From positions 3,968,001 to 4,032,000 of the forward strand of contig OX597842.1 of NCBI GenBank assembly GCA_951406725.2: a stretch of DNA of 64,000 nucleotides, read 5' to 3'. The stretch comes from Octopus vulgaris. Taxonomy: Eukaryota. Positions 13,183 to 28,465 of the stretch are shown here, piece by piece. The notes beneath the pieces are model-generated. The model did not search any database. It had not been told where the DNA came from and worked only from the letters and a program-made list of their open reading frames with translations. The translations under genes were made by a program, and so were the position numbers. Each line of letters opens with the position of its first letter. The stretch's first letter is position 1.

Positions 13183-13649
13183 CATACTAATAACTAGTGG
13201 GCGGGTACACCCAAAGATTTAAACCTTCACTACGTACATAAATTAATTAGATTGACGAGACACAAGATAAACGTAAGCGTTGATCATATTTATTCAAGCT
13301 CGCCGTGGACAGTAAATAGGGAACCAACCTGACGGCGTCATTTCAGCTGCTTGATGAAGTTATAAGAATAGTCAAAAGCGCATCGTCTAGTCGGTCCCTC
13401 ATTGTCTGTCTGCTGCGAGATTGTATAAACACTACAGATGTTCATGTCTATTTAATACGTCTTCTTTAATTTTTTAATTGTTTCAGTCACCAGCCGACGA
13501 CCATGCTGGGGCACCGCTTTGAAAGCTTTAGTCGAACAAACAGACCCCAGAACCCGTTTTCTCTTAACCGTTTAGCATTCAGATTACTTTGTCAAATATA
13601 ATGTTTATTTATTATTGGAAATAATCATGCATTATCAAATAGCTTTGAG

Positions 13650-13810
13650 GTGCAGGAGTGGCTGTGTGGTAACTAGCTTGCTTACCAACCACATAGTTCT
13701 GGGTTCAGTCCCACTGCGTGGCATCTTGGGTAAGTGTCTTCTACTATAGCCCCGGGCCAACCAAAGCCTTGTGAGTGGATTTGATAGACGGAAACTGAAA
13801 GAAGCTTGTC

Positions 13811-13870
<60 letters not shown>

Positions 13871-14078
13871 ATATGTTTGTGTGTCTGTGTTTGTCCTCCT
13901 AGCATTGCTTGACAACCGATGCTGGTGTGTTTACGTCCCCGTCACTTAGCGGTTCGGCAAAAGTGACCGATAGAATAAGTACTGGACTTACAAAGAATAA
14001 ATCCCGGGGTCGATTTGCTCGACTAAAGGCGGTGCTCCAGCATGGCCGCAGTCAAATGACTGAAACAAGTAAAAGAGT
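13650..14078 (+). mobile_element. SINE family B, full length, with internal (TA)n(TG)n microsatellite
   Basis: tRNA-like A/B boxes (TGGCTGTGTGG; GGTTCAGTCC), CORE-like CTTGGGTAAGT, internal microsatellite, and a 3' part ending GAAACAAGTAAAAGAG. Confidence 0.9.
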
Positions 14079-14221
14079 ATATATATAGATATATATGACG
14101 GGGTTTGATGCAGTTTTCATTTACCAAATCCACTCGCAAATGCTTTGGTTGGCCCTGGTCAACAGTGAAGGCCATATGCCCAAGGTACCGCGCAGATGAT
14201 ATTCTGTACTGACCCTGAGAT

Positions 14222-14512
14222 GTATAATATATTTATTTTAATCTTTTCTGCCCATTTTTTCAAATATTCTCATCATACTGTTGTACTTTCTTATGTCCTT
14301 AACATGTCCCTGTTACCAAAGACTGTATATATACATGTAATGTGGCAATTTGCAACAACCAATAATTAACGCAACCAAACTTCCAATAATATATTTGTTT
14401 TATTCTTTTCTGCCTATTTTTTCAAATATTCTCATCACACTGTTGTACTTCTTTATGTCCTTAACATGTTCCTGTTACCAAAGACTGTATATATACATGT
14501 TATGTGGCAATT
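14222..14512. repeat. Local tandem duplication (~130-bp block, ~160-bp period)
   Basis: TCTTTTCTGCC..CCAAAGACTGTATATATACATG..TGTGGCAATT occurs twice. Confidence 0.85.
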
Positions 14513-14722
14513 ATGTAAAAACTTTTTTGAATTCATAATATTCTATGTTACTTTTGACAATCTTTTTCCAAAGAGTGAAACCGGTTAAGTAAATAAACAT
14601 CTTTTAAATTGCATTTTCAAACCTTCTTTCGTATATAATTCCACTCGTGCGATACCCCACAACTCAACTTTGTTATATATATATATATATATACACACAT
14701 ACATACATATACAAACAAACAA

Positions 14723-14814
<92 letters not shown>

Positions 14815-14815
<1 letters not shown>

Positions 14816-15000
14816 GGGAGAGTTTACGAAAAAGACAAAAGACGAAAACAGGTGGTGTACAAAACAAACAGATGTATTAGTATAACGCTAAGGAATGGAA
14901 AAAGTCTTTTACGTTTCGAGCCTACGCTCTTCTACAGAAAGGGAGACAGAAAAAAACAAGGAGAGATATGTGTGTAGTGGCTAACGATCAAATCATGATG
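14815..15000 (-). mobile_element. Family E copy with hammerhead-like motif at 14905-14941
   Basis: Reverse complement reads CTTTCTGTAGAAGAGCGTAGGCTCGAAACGTAAAAGA. Confidence 0.75.
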
Positions 15001-15218
15001 TACATTTAAACACATAAGGATTCCACTCGTGGGATTCAACATGCTAGAAAGAACAGCTAGGTTCTATAACCACAAAATTTAGGAATAAAATTCGACAGGA
15101 ACAAAATGAAAAATTAAAAACATTTTACCATCAAGTTTTCTGGACCAATTAGTTTCTGATTTTAGTTTAGCAAGCAAATAAATAATATTTGCTCACGAGG
15201 TGAAATCGTCCTCAACAG

Positions 15219-15278
<60 letters not shown>

Positions 15279-15450
15279 CGGGGTTCGACGCAGTTTTCAT
15301 TTACCAAATCCACTCGCAAATGCTTTGGTTGGACCTGGTCAACAGTGAAGACCATTTGCCCAAGGTACCGCGCACTAGAACTGAACCGGAAACTATATGG
15401 TTGCAAAGCTAACTTCTTAACCCCATAGCCATGTCTCTGCATAAATAAAT

Positions 15451-15482
<32 letters not shown>

Positions 15483-16325
15483 ACACACACACGAACGCAC
15501 ATGTATTTATGCATGCGTCTGTGAGTGTGCGTGTATGCATATATATGCATATACATATATGTATATATATATGAATATATATGCATATATATGCATATAT
15601 ACATATATATATATATATGTATATGTATGTATGTATATATACCTATATATATATATATATATAACAACATATATATATATATACAATTCTCTCTCTCATT
15701 CTCTCTCTCTCTTTCTCTCTCTTTCTATGTAAATATATATGTATGTGTATACACATACACACACGTTCACTAACATATACAGAAAAAAAGCAAGCGAAAA
15801 AGACAAACACACAGACATAGGAAAGGCAAAAACAGAAAATGAAAAAAAAAAGCATCTATCGTCGTCGACCTAAATAATTTATTAATCGCAGACAAAAGCA
15901 GGGAAAATGAAGCAAATGAAAAAAACAGAAGGAATCTAAGAGAAATTAGAAAATGGTAAAAGTTCTGAGAGGAAGGGGGAGACGGAGGGAGGGAAGGAGG
16001 GAGGGAGGATGGTAATGCAGATATAAGAAAAAGTGACACAAAGAGATGGGTGAAGGGAGAGGTATGGCTTTGAATGGAGGGTGGGTAAGAGGAAGGAGAA
16101 GAAGAGAGGCGGAGGTGTTGAGTGTGTGTTGGGTGTAATGGGGAAAAAAAGGAAGAATATGGCAAATGAATTGGATATATAGGTATGTTATGTATACGGA
16201 TGGCGGTGACAAGGAAATGACGAGGAAAATTGGAGTGATATTGCGGTTAGGAATTGGTGAATGGAATGGTGGATGGATAGGGAGATGGTTCGATGGTGGG
16301 ACAGAGAGATAGATAGATAGAGAGG

Positions 16326-16356
<31 letters not shown>

Positions 16357-16461
16357 GGATGGATGAGTAGAGAGATAGATAGGTAAGTACGTAGAGAGAC
16401 AAAGACAGATTTGCATTTTGTGTGCATCTGATATATGTATGTGAGGATGGATGAGTGTATG

Positions 16462-16527
<66 letters not shown>

Positions 16528-16715
16528 CATCTGTGGTGTGTGTGCGTATACACAGATGTGTGTGTGTGTATATATATAATCAAAATAAGCAACGAGGATA
16601 TCAAAGGTACTGCAGTACGATCGTTTCATGCAACTCCATTAAATTGAACAATGCATTACGTCAATTTAAAATGCAGAACAACCACCAGTTGCATAATGAC
16701 ATAGAATTTAATTTA

Positions 16716-16822
<107 letters not shown>

Positions 16823-17253
16823 TACATATATATATAAATGTGTGTGTGTGTGTGGGTACACATACATGTATAGGAGCGATTGTGTGGTAAGTAGCTTGCT
16901 TACCAACCACATGGTTCCGGGTTCAGTCCCACTGCATAGCAGCTTGGGCAAATGTCCTCTATCTATCTATCTATCTATCTACTAAATCAAACAATTATTC
17001 TTCGTCTATTCTACTTCAATATCTAAACAGTTATATACATATTGCTGTAATTAATTTACACATTGCGTTAATAGATATTTTTTTCATCATCTCCAAATAA
17101 CTAAATGTTGGCAATGCAGGGTTTTCAGTTAAATTTGATTATACTTTGAATGCCTATAACTCTGACAATTCTGCATTTTTCCAGTTAAACTTTTTCGATG
17201 ACAGTACATAAATTTTTGATTCTAGAACGTATTTAATAAGTGTGTCCAAATCT

Positions 17254-17358
17254 TGCCTTTTCTCGCGGACAGGTCTATGTCGGATGCTCTAGAGTTGGAA
17301 ATCCGGAAAATTTATTCATCTATGCACTCAACGGCAAACATTGTACTACGAAGCCCTG
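17254..17358 (+). mobile_element. Helitron PIF1-helicase C-terminal remnant
   Basis: Reads (with frameshifts) FS.GQVYVGCSRVGNPENLFIYALNGK..NIVYYEAL, matching the Helitron end motif FSHGQLYVA.SRV...NIVY.EAL. Confidence 0.75.
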
Positions 17359-17601
17359 CAAGACTGAAATTCTGAAACAAAGATGACGCTCCCTCCGACA
17401 GCCTCCGAAAACCTCTCTCGACAACCTCCGACAATCTCTCCCTCCCTTCCTCAGCTGACAGTCTTTTGTTCTTTTTCGCGACGGAAAATATAACTTTTGT
17501 GGTAGTTATAACGAAATTGCTTTTTTATATCAGAGCAATTAGGCGTTGGGAAGCAAGCTTCTAACCAAACAGCGACATTTATTTGTCATTATAAATTTAT
17601 A

Positions 17602-17675
<74 letters not shown>

Positions 17676-17689
17676 GAAAATATATATAA

Positions 17690-18166
<477 letters not shown>

Positions 18167-18220
18167 CATACATACATAACATACATACACACACGCATAT
18201 ACATATATATGAAAATGTAT

Positions 18221-18255
<35 letters not shown>

Positions 18256-18288
18256 CAGTCAGACAGACAGACAGACAGACAGGCAGGC

Positions 18289-18346
<58 letters not shown>

Positions 18347-18727
18347 AAGGATAGACAGATAGGTAGATAAATATATATCATTGAAACAAAGGAATCAACA
18401 CAGAAATCGTCTTCTGTTAGAGTCGGTGGTGGTGAGGTGTGAGGTGTGGGGGAGGGTAAATGATTACAGACGAGATTAAATAATCAGAAGATAGAGAGAA
18501 AAAGAGAGAGAAAAACACACAAAGACAGAGTCCTTCATTTCTACAACAGATGGTAGAAAAATATTGCGGAGTTGTCGACTATATCAAACTTAAAAAAACA
18601 GATTTATTTTCCATTTTATACATGCGCACACATACATACACATATACACACCTAGATTTATACATACCTGCAAATACACACGCTCACACGGACACAAACA
18701 CGGATATAGACACAAACGCATTTGTTC

Positions 18728-18788
<61 letters not shown>

Positions 18789-18871
18789 TGTCTGTCTGTC
18801 TGTCTGTCTGTATGCACATGCATATACATGCATACAAACACACACAAACACATACACATGAATGTATATGC

Positions 18872-18924
<53 letters not shown>

Positions 18925-18925
18925 G

Positions 18926-18956
<31 letters not shown>

Positions 18957-19601
18957 GAGTCCACTTTCATGCACATATAAATACATACAATTATAAACAT
19001 ACATACGTGCAAACGTATGTGTATACACGTACATACGTATATATGAATATATATGTGTGTATGTGTATGTATATATATATATATATATGCACGCACGTAT
19101 GTATGTATGTAGGTATGAATGTACGTCTGTAGATATAAGCATTCTATGTCTGTGTTTATACACGTGCGCATAGATTTAGGTAATGAATTACATTGTTGAT
19201 ATTTAACTGTCGTACGCAATTACGAGCGCGCGCGTGTTTTTTGTTTGTGTGTGTTTGTTAATGCGTATAAAATGAGGTAGACATCTTTCAAGGTAGAACC
19301 CAATAAATAAATATAACATGGCGTTTATATATTATATTATTTATAACAGAGGTTGTGTTACGTTTGTTTCGAACAAACGTTCTAATCAAATTCTGTTGTG
19401 TCTGGGGAGAGTCATTTTCTTTTTGTGCCTTATAATGTAATACACTCATCGGTAAAATTTCCACTTTTTTCTTACTTTTATTTTCCTAAAATTTTCGTTG
19501 CGTCTTGACTCTCTAATCAAATGTTCTAATCAAATGTTGTGCTTTTTCCTAGCTTTATTTACGTATTCAGAACGTCACAGCTTCCAAGGACTGCGGGTCT
19601 C

Positions 19602-19837
19602 GGATCTTTTCCTTTTGATGGACGGAATTTTCTAGTTAACTAAACAATTTGAAACTTCGTATACTGGTATTTTATTGGTTAAAATTCGAAGAATTACACT
19701 ACGTTAAACTTACAAATTACAATTTTGTTTTCAATTTTGTTTACAATAATCTTTTCTTTTGACACATTCTACCAGTATACGAAGTTTCAAATTGTTTAGT
19801 TAACTAGAAAATTCCGTCCATCAAAAGGAAAAGATCC
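19602..19837. mobile_element. MITE with perfect 68-bp TIRs and 8-bp TSD (Merlin-like)
   Basis: TIRs at 19602-19669 and 19770-19837 begin GGATCTTTTCC; CGGGTCTC duplicated at 19594-19601 and 19838-19845. Confidence 0.9.
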
Positions 19838-20110
19838 CGGGTCTCTACTCATCGAGATACAATATATCCTTATTCTGTAACATCTTTATTTCAACATTTA
19901 AATTGTTTGGCCATTGGACTGCTGCATTCTGTTTGATATTTGTGGCGTTCCATCGACCATCACCGTGGAGTAATGCATTTTTATTGAAATAGAAAGGCAA
20001 AACGGTAAAGCTGACTTCGACGGGATTTCAACTCAAAGCACACCTGGAACGAACACGACAAAGCAGTCTCTTCCACGCTGTGACCACTCTGCCAAACACA
20101 TATGCACACA

Positions 20111-20150
<40 letters not shown>

Positions 20151-20159
20151 TATTTAGGC

Positions 20160-20215
<56 letters not shown>

Positions 20216-20501
20216 GTACGTATCTACTTACGTATTCACATAGGCCTCTGTGTATTCATTATGTAAACATATATGTATGTGAAAATGTGTATATATACAA
20301 ATGTATATATTAAATATTATATTTATATAATACATACAAGTATAACCATTGATACGTATACATACGTGCGCGCGTGCGCTTGTGTGTTAGTGTTTGTGTA
20401 TTTATATTGGTGTATGTGTATTCATATATAATCATATATGTGTGAAAATGTCTATTTATATATTAAATACATATGAATATACAAGTATATCCATCTGTAC
20501 G

Positions 20502-20566
<65 letters not shown>

Positions 20567-20994
20567 GCGTATTCCTTTATAAACATGTATATGTGTGCGT
20601 ATGTATGTATATTTGTAGGCGTACATACTCAAGTTTATGTATTACAAAATTATATGAAATATAACAAAATATATTTTAAATACACAAAAAACGTCGACAA
20701 AATCCGTCTGAAAATATTCTAAAAATGTACACTTAAGAACGTTTGTATTATATTTAACTGTTTTAATCAAATATTTTGTTTGTTTGCCACAAAATGATGT
20801 GTCGTTATCAGTTTTTCTTTTTCTTTTTTTTTTCTCTTAACAGAATCAAAAAAATATTTGTGAAAATATATTTATATAAACATGCGAAGAGGTTTAACCT
20901 TTCAACATGGCGTCTACGCTTGTCTGAACGACTTACTTTGCACTGTTTCTGTCTGTCTTCATCGATATTTCTCTGGCTTTTTTCTCTGTTTATA

Positions 20995-21737
20995 TATACA
21001 TACATACATACATACAAACATACATACATACATACATATACACATACATACATACATACATACACACATACATACGTACATACATACATACACACACACA
21101 CACGCACATACATACATACATACATACACACACACATACATACATACATACATACATACACACATACATACATACATACATACATACATACATACATACA
21201 TACATACATACACACATACATACATACACACATACATACATACATACATACATACATACATACATACATACATACATACATACATACATACATACATACA
21301 TACATACTTACATACACACATACATACATACATACATACACACATGCATACATACATACATACATACATACATACATGCATACACACATACACACATACA
21401 CACATACATACATACATACACACATACACACATACATGCATACACACATACATACATACATACATACATACATACATACATACATACATACATACATACA
21501 TGCATACACACATACACACATACACACATACATACATACACACATACACACATACATGCATACACACATACATACATACATACATACATACATACATGCA
21601 TACACACATACACACATACACACATACATACATACACACATACACACATACATGCATACACACATACATACATACATACATACATACATACATACATACA
21701 TACATACATACATACATACATACATACATACATACAT
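20995..21737. repeat. (TACA)n compound microsatellite
   Basis: About 740 bp of CATA/CACA units. Confidence 0.95.
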
Positions 21738-23097
21738 AGTAATATTATTGAAGGCAGCAAGTTGGTAGATTCATTAGCAGAGTATCCTTATTGGAGCAGC
21801 AGGGCACATACCAACCTGCCTCGAGCAAAGTGTGGTTGAACTTGGGATCCTGGACAGAGAAAGCAAATGCTTAATTCATACATCAAATGATCACGATAGC
21901 TGAGACTATAAAAATCATTTCACTGGTACCTACTATGGCGACTGAGAGAGTCACAAAAAGTGTTCTATAATCTTTTGTCACTTGAAATTCAATAACATAC
22001 AGGTATCTCTCTATCATTTCATTTCTTCACCCATTTGTGGGCATGTATGTGTGATGAAGTGTGGAAAGTCATCTCTGCACACATGCAAGGATGAAAGTAA
22101 GTCCGAACACTGAGGCTGAATGTGAGACGGTTATCATCTCATGAGATGAGGCAATCATTATCACATATCATTCAACCACTACCGTGGTTGAATATATTCT
22201 TAAGTCCACCATTTCGTCAGTCGCAGCAGCTTCCCAGGTTCACCACTAATTCAGTTCTCAACTAAATTGCAAAATGTTAACAAGGGGAGCAGTAAGGCAC
22301 CCATTCACCTTCAATTAACATAAACGTTTTAATTTTAAAATGAAAGTATACTATTCTTAGGCTTAAATGATAGAAAAATGTATGAGGAATTCAGAGTTGT
22401 TAGTCGCATTGAACAAAAATTAGTAGAAGAAATATTATGGAGTGAAATAGCACGATATTTCGTGTAAGTAAGAGAGTAAGGAAGTAACGTTTATCAATAA
22501 GAATACTAAAGAATATATTGCTAAAATTAATAGTTTACGTTCTAAGTCGGCGTACTGGCAGAATCGTTATCGCGCCGGCCGAAATAGCTGTGTTTGTTTT
22601 GAGTTTAAATTCCGCCGAGGTCGACTTTGCTTTTTATCGATTTCGGATCTATTCAATTTGACGTACAGATTATTTTATTCATTTTTTTTTTAACTAAACA
22701 CTTTGAAACTTCCGATACTGATACAATATGTCACATACAACAGGGCTTACTCTTAACGTTTTTGACAAAATTTTGTATTTTAGAAGTTATTTCGTCACAA
22801 GTTAGAGAGTGACAATGGACAAATTTGTGTTTGATAAGTGCCAATACACGAAACTCTCAGGTTTTGACTTACTCTCTAATTTCCGCCGATGATATACATA
22901 CATATTATACAAATATGTGTAAAAAAAATCTCATCACGCAATCAAGCCAATAAAAGAGCCTCTACCTGGTCGCTAGACACGCTAAAAATAGCAGCCAATG
23001 TATCCCCCCTACTCAGTATTTTATAAAGTAAAATCCTAAATTATTAATTGACACAATATTAATTATCTTATAACAGCACTGTCTGGAAAAATCATGG

Positions 23098-23609
23098 ATT
23101 ACATGGAAAAATGCGAGCATGGAGAGTAATATTCTTAAGATTATAAACCTGAAAAAGTACAGGTTATTACACCTGTAAAAGTATAGGACAAGCTGTTACT
23201 TCTAATAAAGTAAAGAATAAGAAACATTTTACTTAAAATATTGCAGCTAAAATTTTAATTTGAATATTAAAAAATATTTTATTTTAGTTTAGAAATAACA
23301 CTATACTTATTTAAGTAGAATTTTGCTAATTTACAACCTTAAATACTAAAAAAAGTGACTAATTAGACAAACATACAAATTAACTGAACAGCTTTGTACA
23401 ATGAATTTAAAAGATGAGAACTGTAAAGAGGGATAAATTAGAAGAACTGGCATTCTTTGCTGCAATATTTTAAGTAAAAAGTTTCTTATTCTTTCCCTGA
23501 AGTAATAGTTTGTCCTATACTTTTACAGGTGTAATAACTTGTCCTGTACTCTTCCAGGTTTATAATCTTTAAAAATATTACTTTTCATGCTCGCATTTTT
23601 CCATGTAAT
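23098..23609. mobile_element. MITE/fold-back with ~150-bp imperfect TIRs
   Basis: ATTACATGGAAAAATGCGAGCATG..TAAAATATTGCAGC (23098-23248) is inverted at 23459-23609. Confidence 0.85.
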
Positions 23610-23804
23610 GAATGTATGTATATCTATAAGTATGAATGTATGAATGTATGTGTGTATGTAAGACTTCTGTTGGCAGAATCATTAAAAAGAAACCTGGTGA
23701 TTGCAAAGGGAGCTTCTTAATACACACCAATACTTGTGTGTATGTATATACATACATACATACACACACATGCATATATATATAGATATACACACATATA
23801 TATA

Positions 23805-24020
23805 CTCTTTTACTTGTTTCAGTCATTTCACTGCGGCCATGCTGGAGCACCGCCTTTAGTCGAGCAAATCGACCCCGGGACTTATTCTTTGTAAGCCCAG
23901 TACTTACTCTATCGGTCTCTTTTGCCGAACCGCTAAGTGACGGGGACGTAAACACACCAGCATCGGTTATCAAGCAATGCTAGGGGAACAAACACAGACA
24001 CACAAACATATACACACACA

Positions 24021-24053
<33 letters not shown>

Positions 24054-24215
24054 GACAGGCTTCTTTCAGTTTCCGTCTACCAAATCCGCTCACAAGGCAT
24101 TGGTCGGCCCGGGGCTATAGCAGAAGACACTTGCCCAAGATGCCACGCAGTGGGACTGAACCCGGAACCATGTGGTTGGTTAGCAAGCTACTTACCACAC
24201 AGCCACTCCTGCGCC
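23805..24215 (-). mobile_element. SINE family B, full length
   Basis: Reverse complement of 13650-14078 with high similarity. Confidence 0.9.
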
Positions 24216-25030
24216 TTTAGCACTCATTCCAAATACAAAAACACACACACACGCACACACATACACACATGCTCTCTCTCTCACTTTCTCCTCATCCTTC
24301 TCACCCTCTTGTACTGTCTCATATTCCTCTCCACCTCTACAAACTCAATACCACTATAAAATGGTCAAAACTTTTCACACAGGAACTTAGTTTGATTTGA
24401 AAACCCCACTAGAATGGGAGAAAGCGCTAATACATGATCTAAGTTATATGATGTGTAAAAACATGTAATATACAAATAAATATCTGTAAATATAAAACAA
24501 TCTGAATTTCTGAGTATCTCATTTCTTCTAAGATATATATATGTCTGTGTATAAATATATGTATATATACGTGTACACACAGACACATATATACATATTT
24601 ATTTATGTAGTTATATATATATAAATATCTAGATAAGTGTGTATATATATGTATGTATGTATATATATATATGTATATCAATCAATCTAGATCGATTGAT
24701 AGATAGAGACAGACAGACAGACAGACAAATAGGTAGATTGAAAGATATATATAGGTATATACATGTACCCACTTACATATGTACACGTGCATACATAGGA
24801 ACACACATATGTATCCACACATACACATACATACATGCATACATATATGCATACAGGCACACATACATATACATATCTATATATACATACATACTATGTG
24901 TGTGGGGGGGTTGGATGTGTGTGTGTGTGCGTGTGTGTGTGTGTATGTGTGCGTATGTGTGTGTGTGTATGTGTGTGTATGTGTGTGTGTATGTGTGTGT
25001 ATGTGTGTGTATGTATGTGTATGTGTGTGT

Positions 25031-25070
<40 letters not shown>

Positions 25071-25100
25071 GAGGGTATGGGTGTGTGTGTGTATGTGTGT

Positions 25101-25182
<82 letters not shown>

Positions 25183-25409
25183 TACTTTCATAAAAGAGAA
25201 AGGGCTTTGGTCACAGATGGCAATGTTGTTAAAAAGTTGCAGTTCCACCCCAGGGGGCGCTTTATGTCTTATCCGCTTTTAATTCTCCTCAGATCGGATT
25301 TGACTTACTGATCTCTTGTGGATCAATGGATTAATGGACCACCATCCGACAACACCTGCTCACCCGAACTAAGAGGGAAGTTTCTATTTGGTGTATCGAC
25401 TTGTGTGAC

Positions 25410-26270
25410 ATAGTAGCCAAATCCCCTTCACTGTCTTATGTACGTATACATGTATGTTATGAGCCAATGAGGGCCACCTCCACATTGCAGTTACACCTTG
25501 TAGAAATAGCAGCCAAATTTCCTTCAAATCACACCCTACTGTCCTATGTATGAGCCAATGACAGAAACCTTTACATGGTAGCTAGACCTAACAGAAACAG
25601 CAGCCAAATCTCCCTCAAAACACACCCTACTGTCTTATCTATGTATATATATATGTATGTATGAACCAATGAGGGAGACCTTTACATGGTAGCTAGACCC
25701 CTAGAAATAGCAACCACATCACCCTCAAATCACACCCTACTGTCTTGTATGTATGAGCCAATGAGGAAGATCATCACATGGTAACTAGACCTTAGAGGCT
25801 TAGCAGCCAAATCTCCCTCAAATCACACCCAACTGTCTTATCTATGTATATATGTATGCATGAGCCAATGTGGGAGACTTCTAAATGGCAGCTAGACCTG
25901 TTAGAAATAGCAGCCAAATCTCTTTCAAATCACACTCTACTGTCTTATATGTATGAGCAAATAAGAGAAGCCTTTACATGGTAACTAGACCTTAGAGGAA
26001 GAGCAGCCAAATCTCCCTCAAATCACACCCTACTCTCTTATGTATGTATATATGTATGTATTAGCCAATGAGAGTAACCTTTACATAGTAGCTAGACCTA
26101 ACAGAAACAGAAGCCAAATCTCCCTCAAATCACAAATGTAGGAGACCTCTAAGTGGTAAATAGATCTGGTAGACATAGCAACCAAATCGCACCCAAATTT
26201 ACTCTACCGTCTTACGAGTCACACGTAGACGTTTACGTAGTCGCTAGACATGATCGAAATAGCAGCTGTA
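25410..26270 (+). repeat. Tandem array of ~95-110-bp units (GAGCCAATG..CTAGACC..GCAGCCAAATCTCCCTCAAATCACACCCTACTGTCTTA)
   Basis: About 8 units; a single related monomer lies at ~22944-23012. Confidence 0.9.
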
Positions 26271-26599
26271 TCTGTGAGACTTCCTGATTAACGTATATCT
26301 TCTCAGCTTTTACCTTTTACTTGTTTAAAAACTCTTCATGGCGGTGCCCCAGCATGGACTGCGGCCATGCGGGGACACTGCCATGAGGAATTTTAGCCGA
26401 ACGACTCGACCCCCAGTACTTACTTTGCTGAAGCCTGATACTTATTCTATCGACCTCACTTGCCGAACCGCTAAGTTACGTGGGCATAAACAGACCAACA
26501 CCGGTTGTCAAGCGATGGCGCGCGACAAACACAAACACACACATGTGTCCTTGCTTAGAGAAAAGTTCTCCAACGGATGAGCAGCAGCATCCTATGATT

Positions 26600-27152
26600 T
26601 ATCTTACTATGTTGGTTGGCATCCTTTTTGTCTCGGGAGACAGTGGAGTTGCGCATAAAATAGTCCAGTCCGGCTTTTACATTTCATGTCCTGATACATT
26701 TCCTGCTGTGGCTGTGTAGTCCTATCCTGGACAAACACTCCCTCTGGCAGGTACCGCAAATGTAGCGAAGACTGTTCCTGGCTGCTTGTAATGCCATAGT
26801 TTCTTGTTGACGTCTTTTCTTGTCTTTCCATTTCTCCCCTCTTTCTCTCTGTCACTCCTTTGTATTCCCTCTTTTACGGTACGTCGCCAATCTCCACGGT
26901 TGCTGGCAACTGCTTCCCATTTGCTAATATTGATGTTGCAGGCCTTCATGTCCCTTTTGCAAACATCCTTGTAACGTAAGATCGGTCTACCCACAGACCT
27001 AGTACCCCTAGCAAGCTCTCCGTAGAGTATGTCCTTGGGGATTCTGCCATCTTTCATACGGCTGACATGCCCAAGCCATCTCATACGTCTTTGTGTGAGG
27101 AGTGCAAACATGCTTGATATTCCTGCTTGCTTGAGGACATCTTTGTTGGGGA
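26600..27152 (-). mobile_element. RTE-clade LINE 3' fragment
   Basis: RRMRWLGHVSRMKDGRIPKDILYGEL..GRPILRYKD..W, then (frameshifted) YICGTCQRECLSRIGLHSHSRKC zinc finger and a 3' UTR. Confidence 0.9.
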
Positions 27153-27639
27153 TATATACTATATACCCGACTAAATACTATGTCGCCATGATAGATCGTT
27201 AGCCACTACACACATTTTTTCTCTCCTTGTTTCTCTCTTCGTCTTTTGTTGTTGTTTTTTCGTAAACTCTCCCTATATATTATGTGTCCGACTATAGTTT
27301 ACATACTTTGACGCAAGAGGAGTATAAGGACGACATATGAGAGTACGTTAAAAAGACGAATTACAGGAGTTACAACGCTTACTCTTTTACTTGTTTCAAT
27401 AATTTGACTGAATTTACAAAATTTACAAAAATACAAACGACGAGGAAAGGTGAGGGAAGAACAGGCAGATGTCTTAGTTTGACGCTCGGGAAGAATGGAA
27501 ATGTCTGACGTTTTGAGTCTACGCTCTTCGACACAAATGGACATAGTAAATTAAGTACCCGTTGCGTACTGGGGTCGATCTAATCGATTGACACCCGCCC
27601 CAAAATTTTCGGGCCTTGTGCCTAGAGTAGAAAAAAAAT

Positions 27640-27768
27640 GGTTAGAGAAGGAATTGCTTCGCAGTTACATAGTTCCAAGTTCTAAGCGCAAGTGTCTTCG
27701 ACTATAGTCTCGGCCCGACTAAACATTGTGAATAGATTTGGTTGACGGAAACTCAAAACAGCTTGTAC

Positions 27769-27825
<57 letters not shown>

Positions 27826-28115
27826 TACATACAAACACACACACACATGTATACATCCATGCATATATATATAAATACTTATATATATATATATATATAT
27901 TTTTCACTACTGCCCACAAGGGGCTACACACAGAGGGGACAAACGGATTATGTCGATTACATCGACCCCAGGGTGTAACTGGTACTTAATTTATCGACCC
28001 CGAAAGGATGAAAGGCAAAGTCGACCTCGGCGGAATTTGAACTCAGAACGTAACAGCAGACGAAATACGGCTACGCATTTCGCCCGGCGTGCTAACGAGT
28101 CTGCCAGCTCGCCGC

Positions 28116-28175
<60 letters not shown>

Positions 28176-28465
28176 ATATAAATACTCATATATATATATA
28201 CACATGCGTGTATGTGTGCGCGCGCATAGTGTGTATGTGTGTGTGCATCGTTGCGTCTGTTTTTGTCTCATCACCACCGCATGACAACCGGTGCTGCTTT
28301 GTCTACTCCCCGTAACTAAGCTGCTCGGCAAAAAGTGACCGATAAAATAAGCGCCAGGCTTGAAAAAACAAAGAAGCACTGGGGTCTATTCGTTCGAGAA
28401 AAACGAAATCTGCAAGGCGGTGCCCCAGCATGGCCGCTGTCTAATGACTGAAATAAAGTTAAAGA
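27640..28465 (+). mobile_element. Diverged SINE B split by a SINE A insertion
   Basis: 5' half at 27640-27770 and 3' half at 28250-28465. Confidence 0.7.
27900..28118 (-). mobile_element. SINE family A, full length
   Basis: Matches 6688-6920. Confidence 0.9.

Noticed and set aside
13650-13725. tRNA genes at SINE heads (also 30147, 41290, 56613)
   Set aside because: A/B boxes are present but there is no complete cloverleaf, and each continues into a SINE body.
25247-25260. CTCF-like motif ACCCCAGGGGGCGC
   Set aside because: A single short imperfect match, plausible by chance in 64 kb.
25410-26270. CRISPR-like array (also considered for 59548-59831)
   Set aside because: Units are wholly repeated with no unique spacers, there are no cas genes, and the context is eukaryotic.
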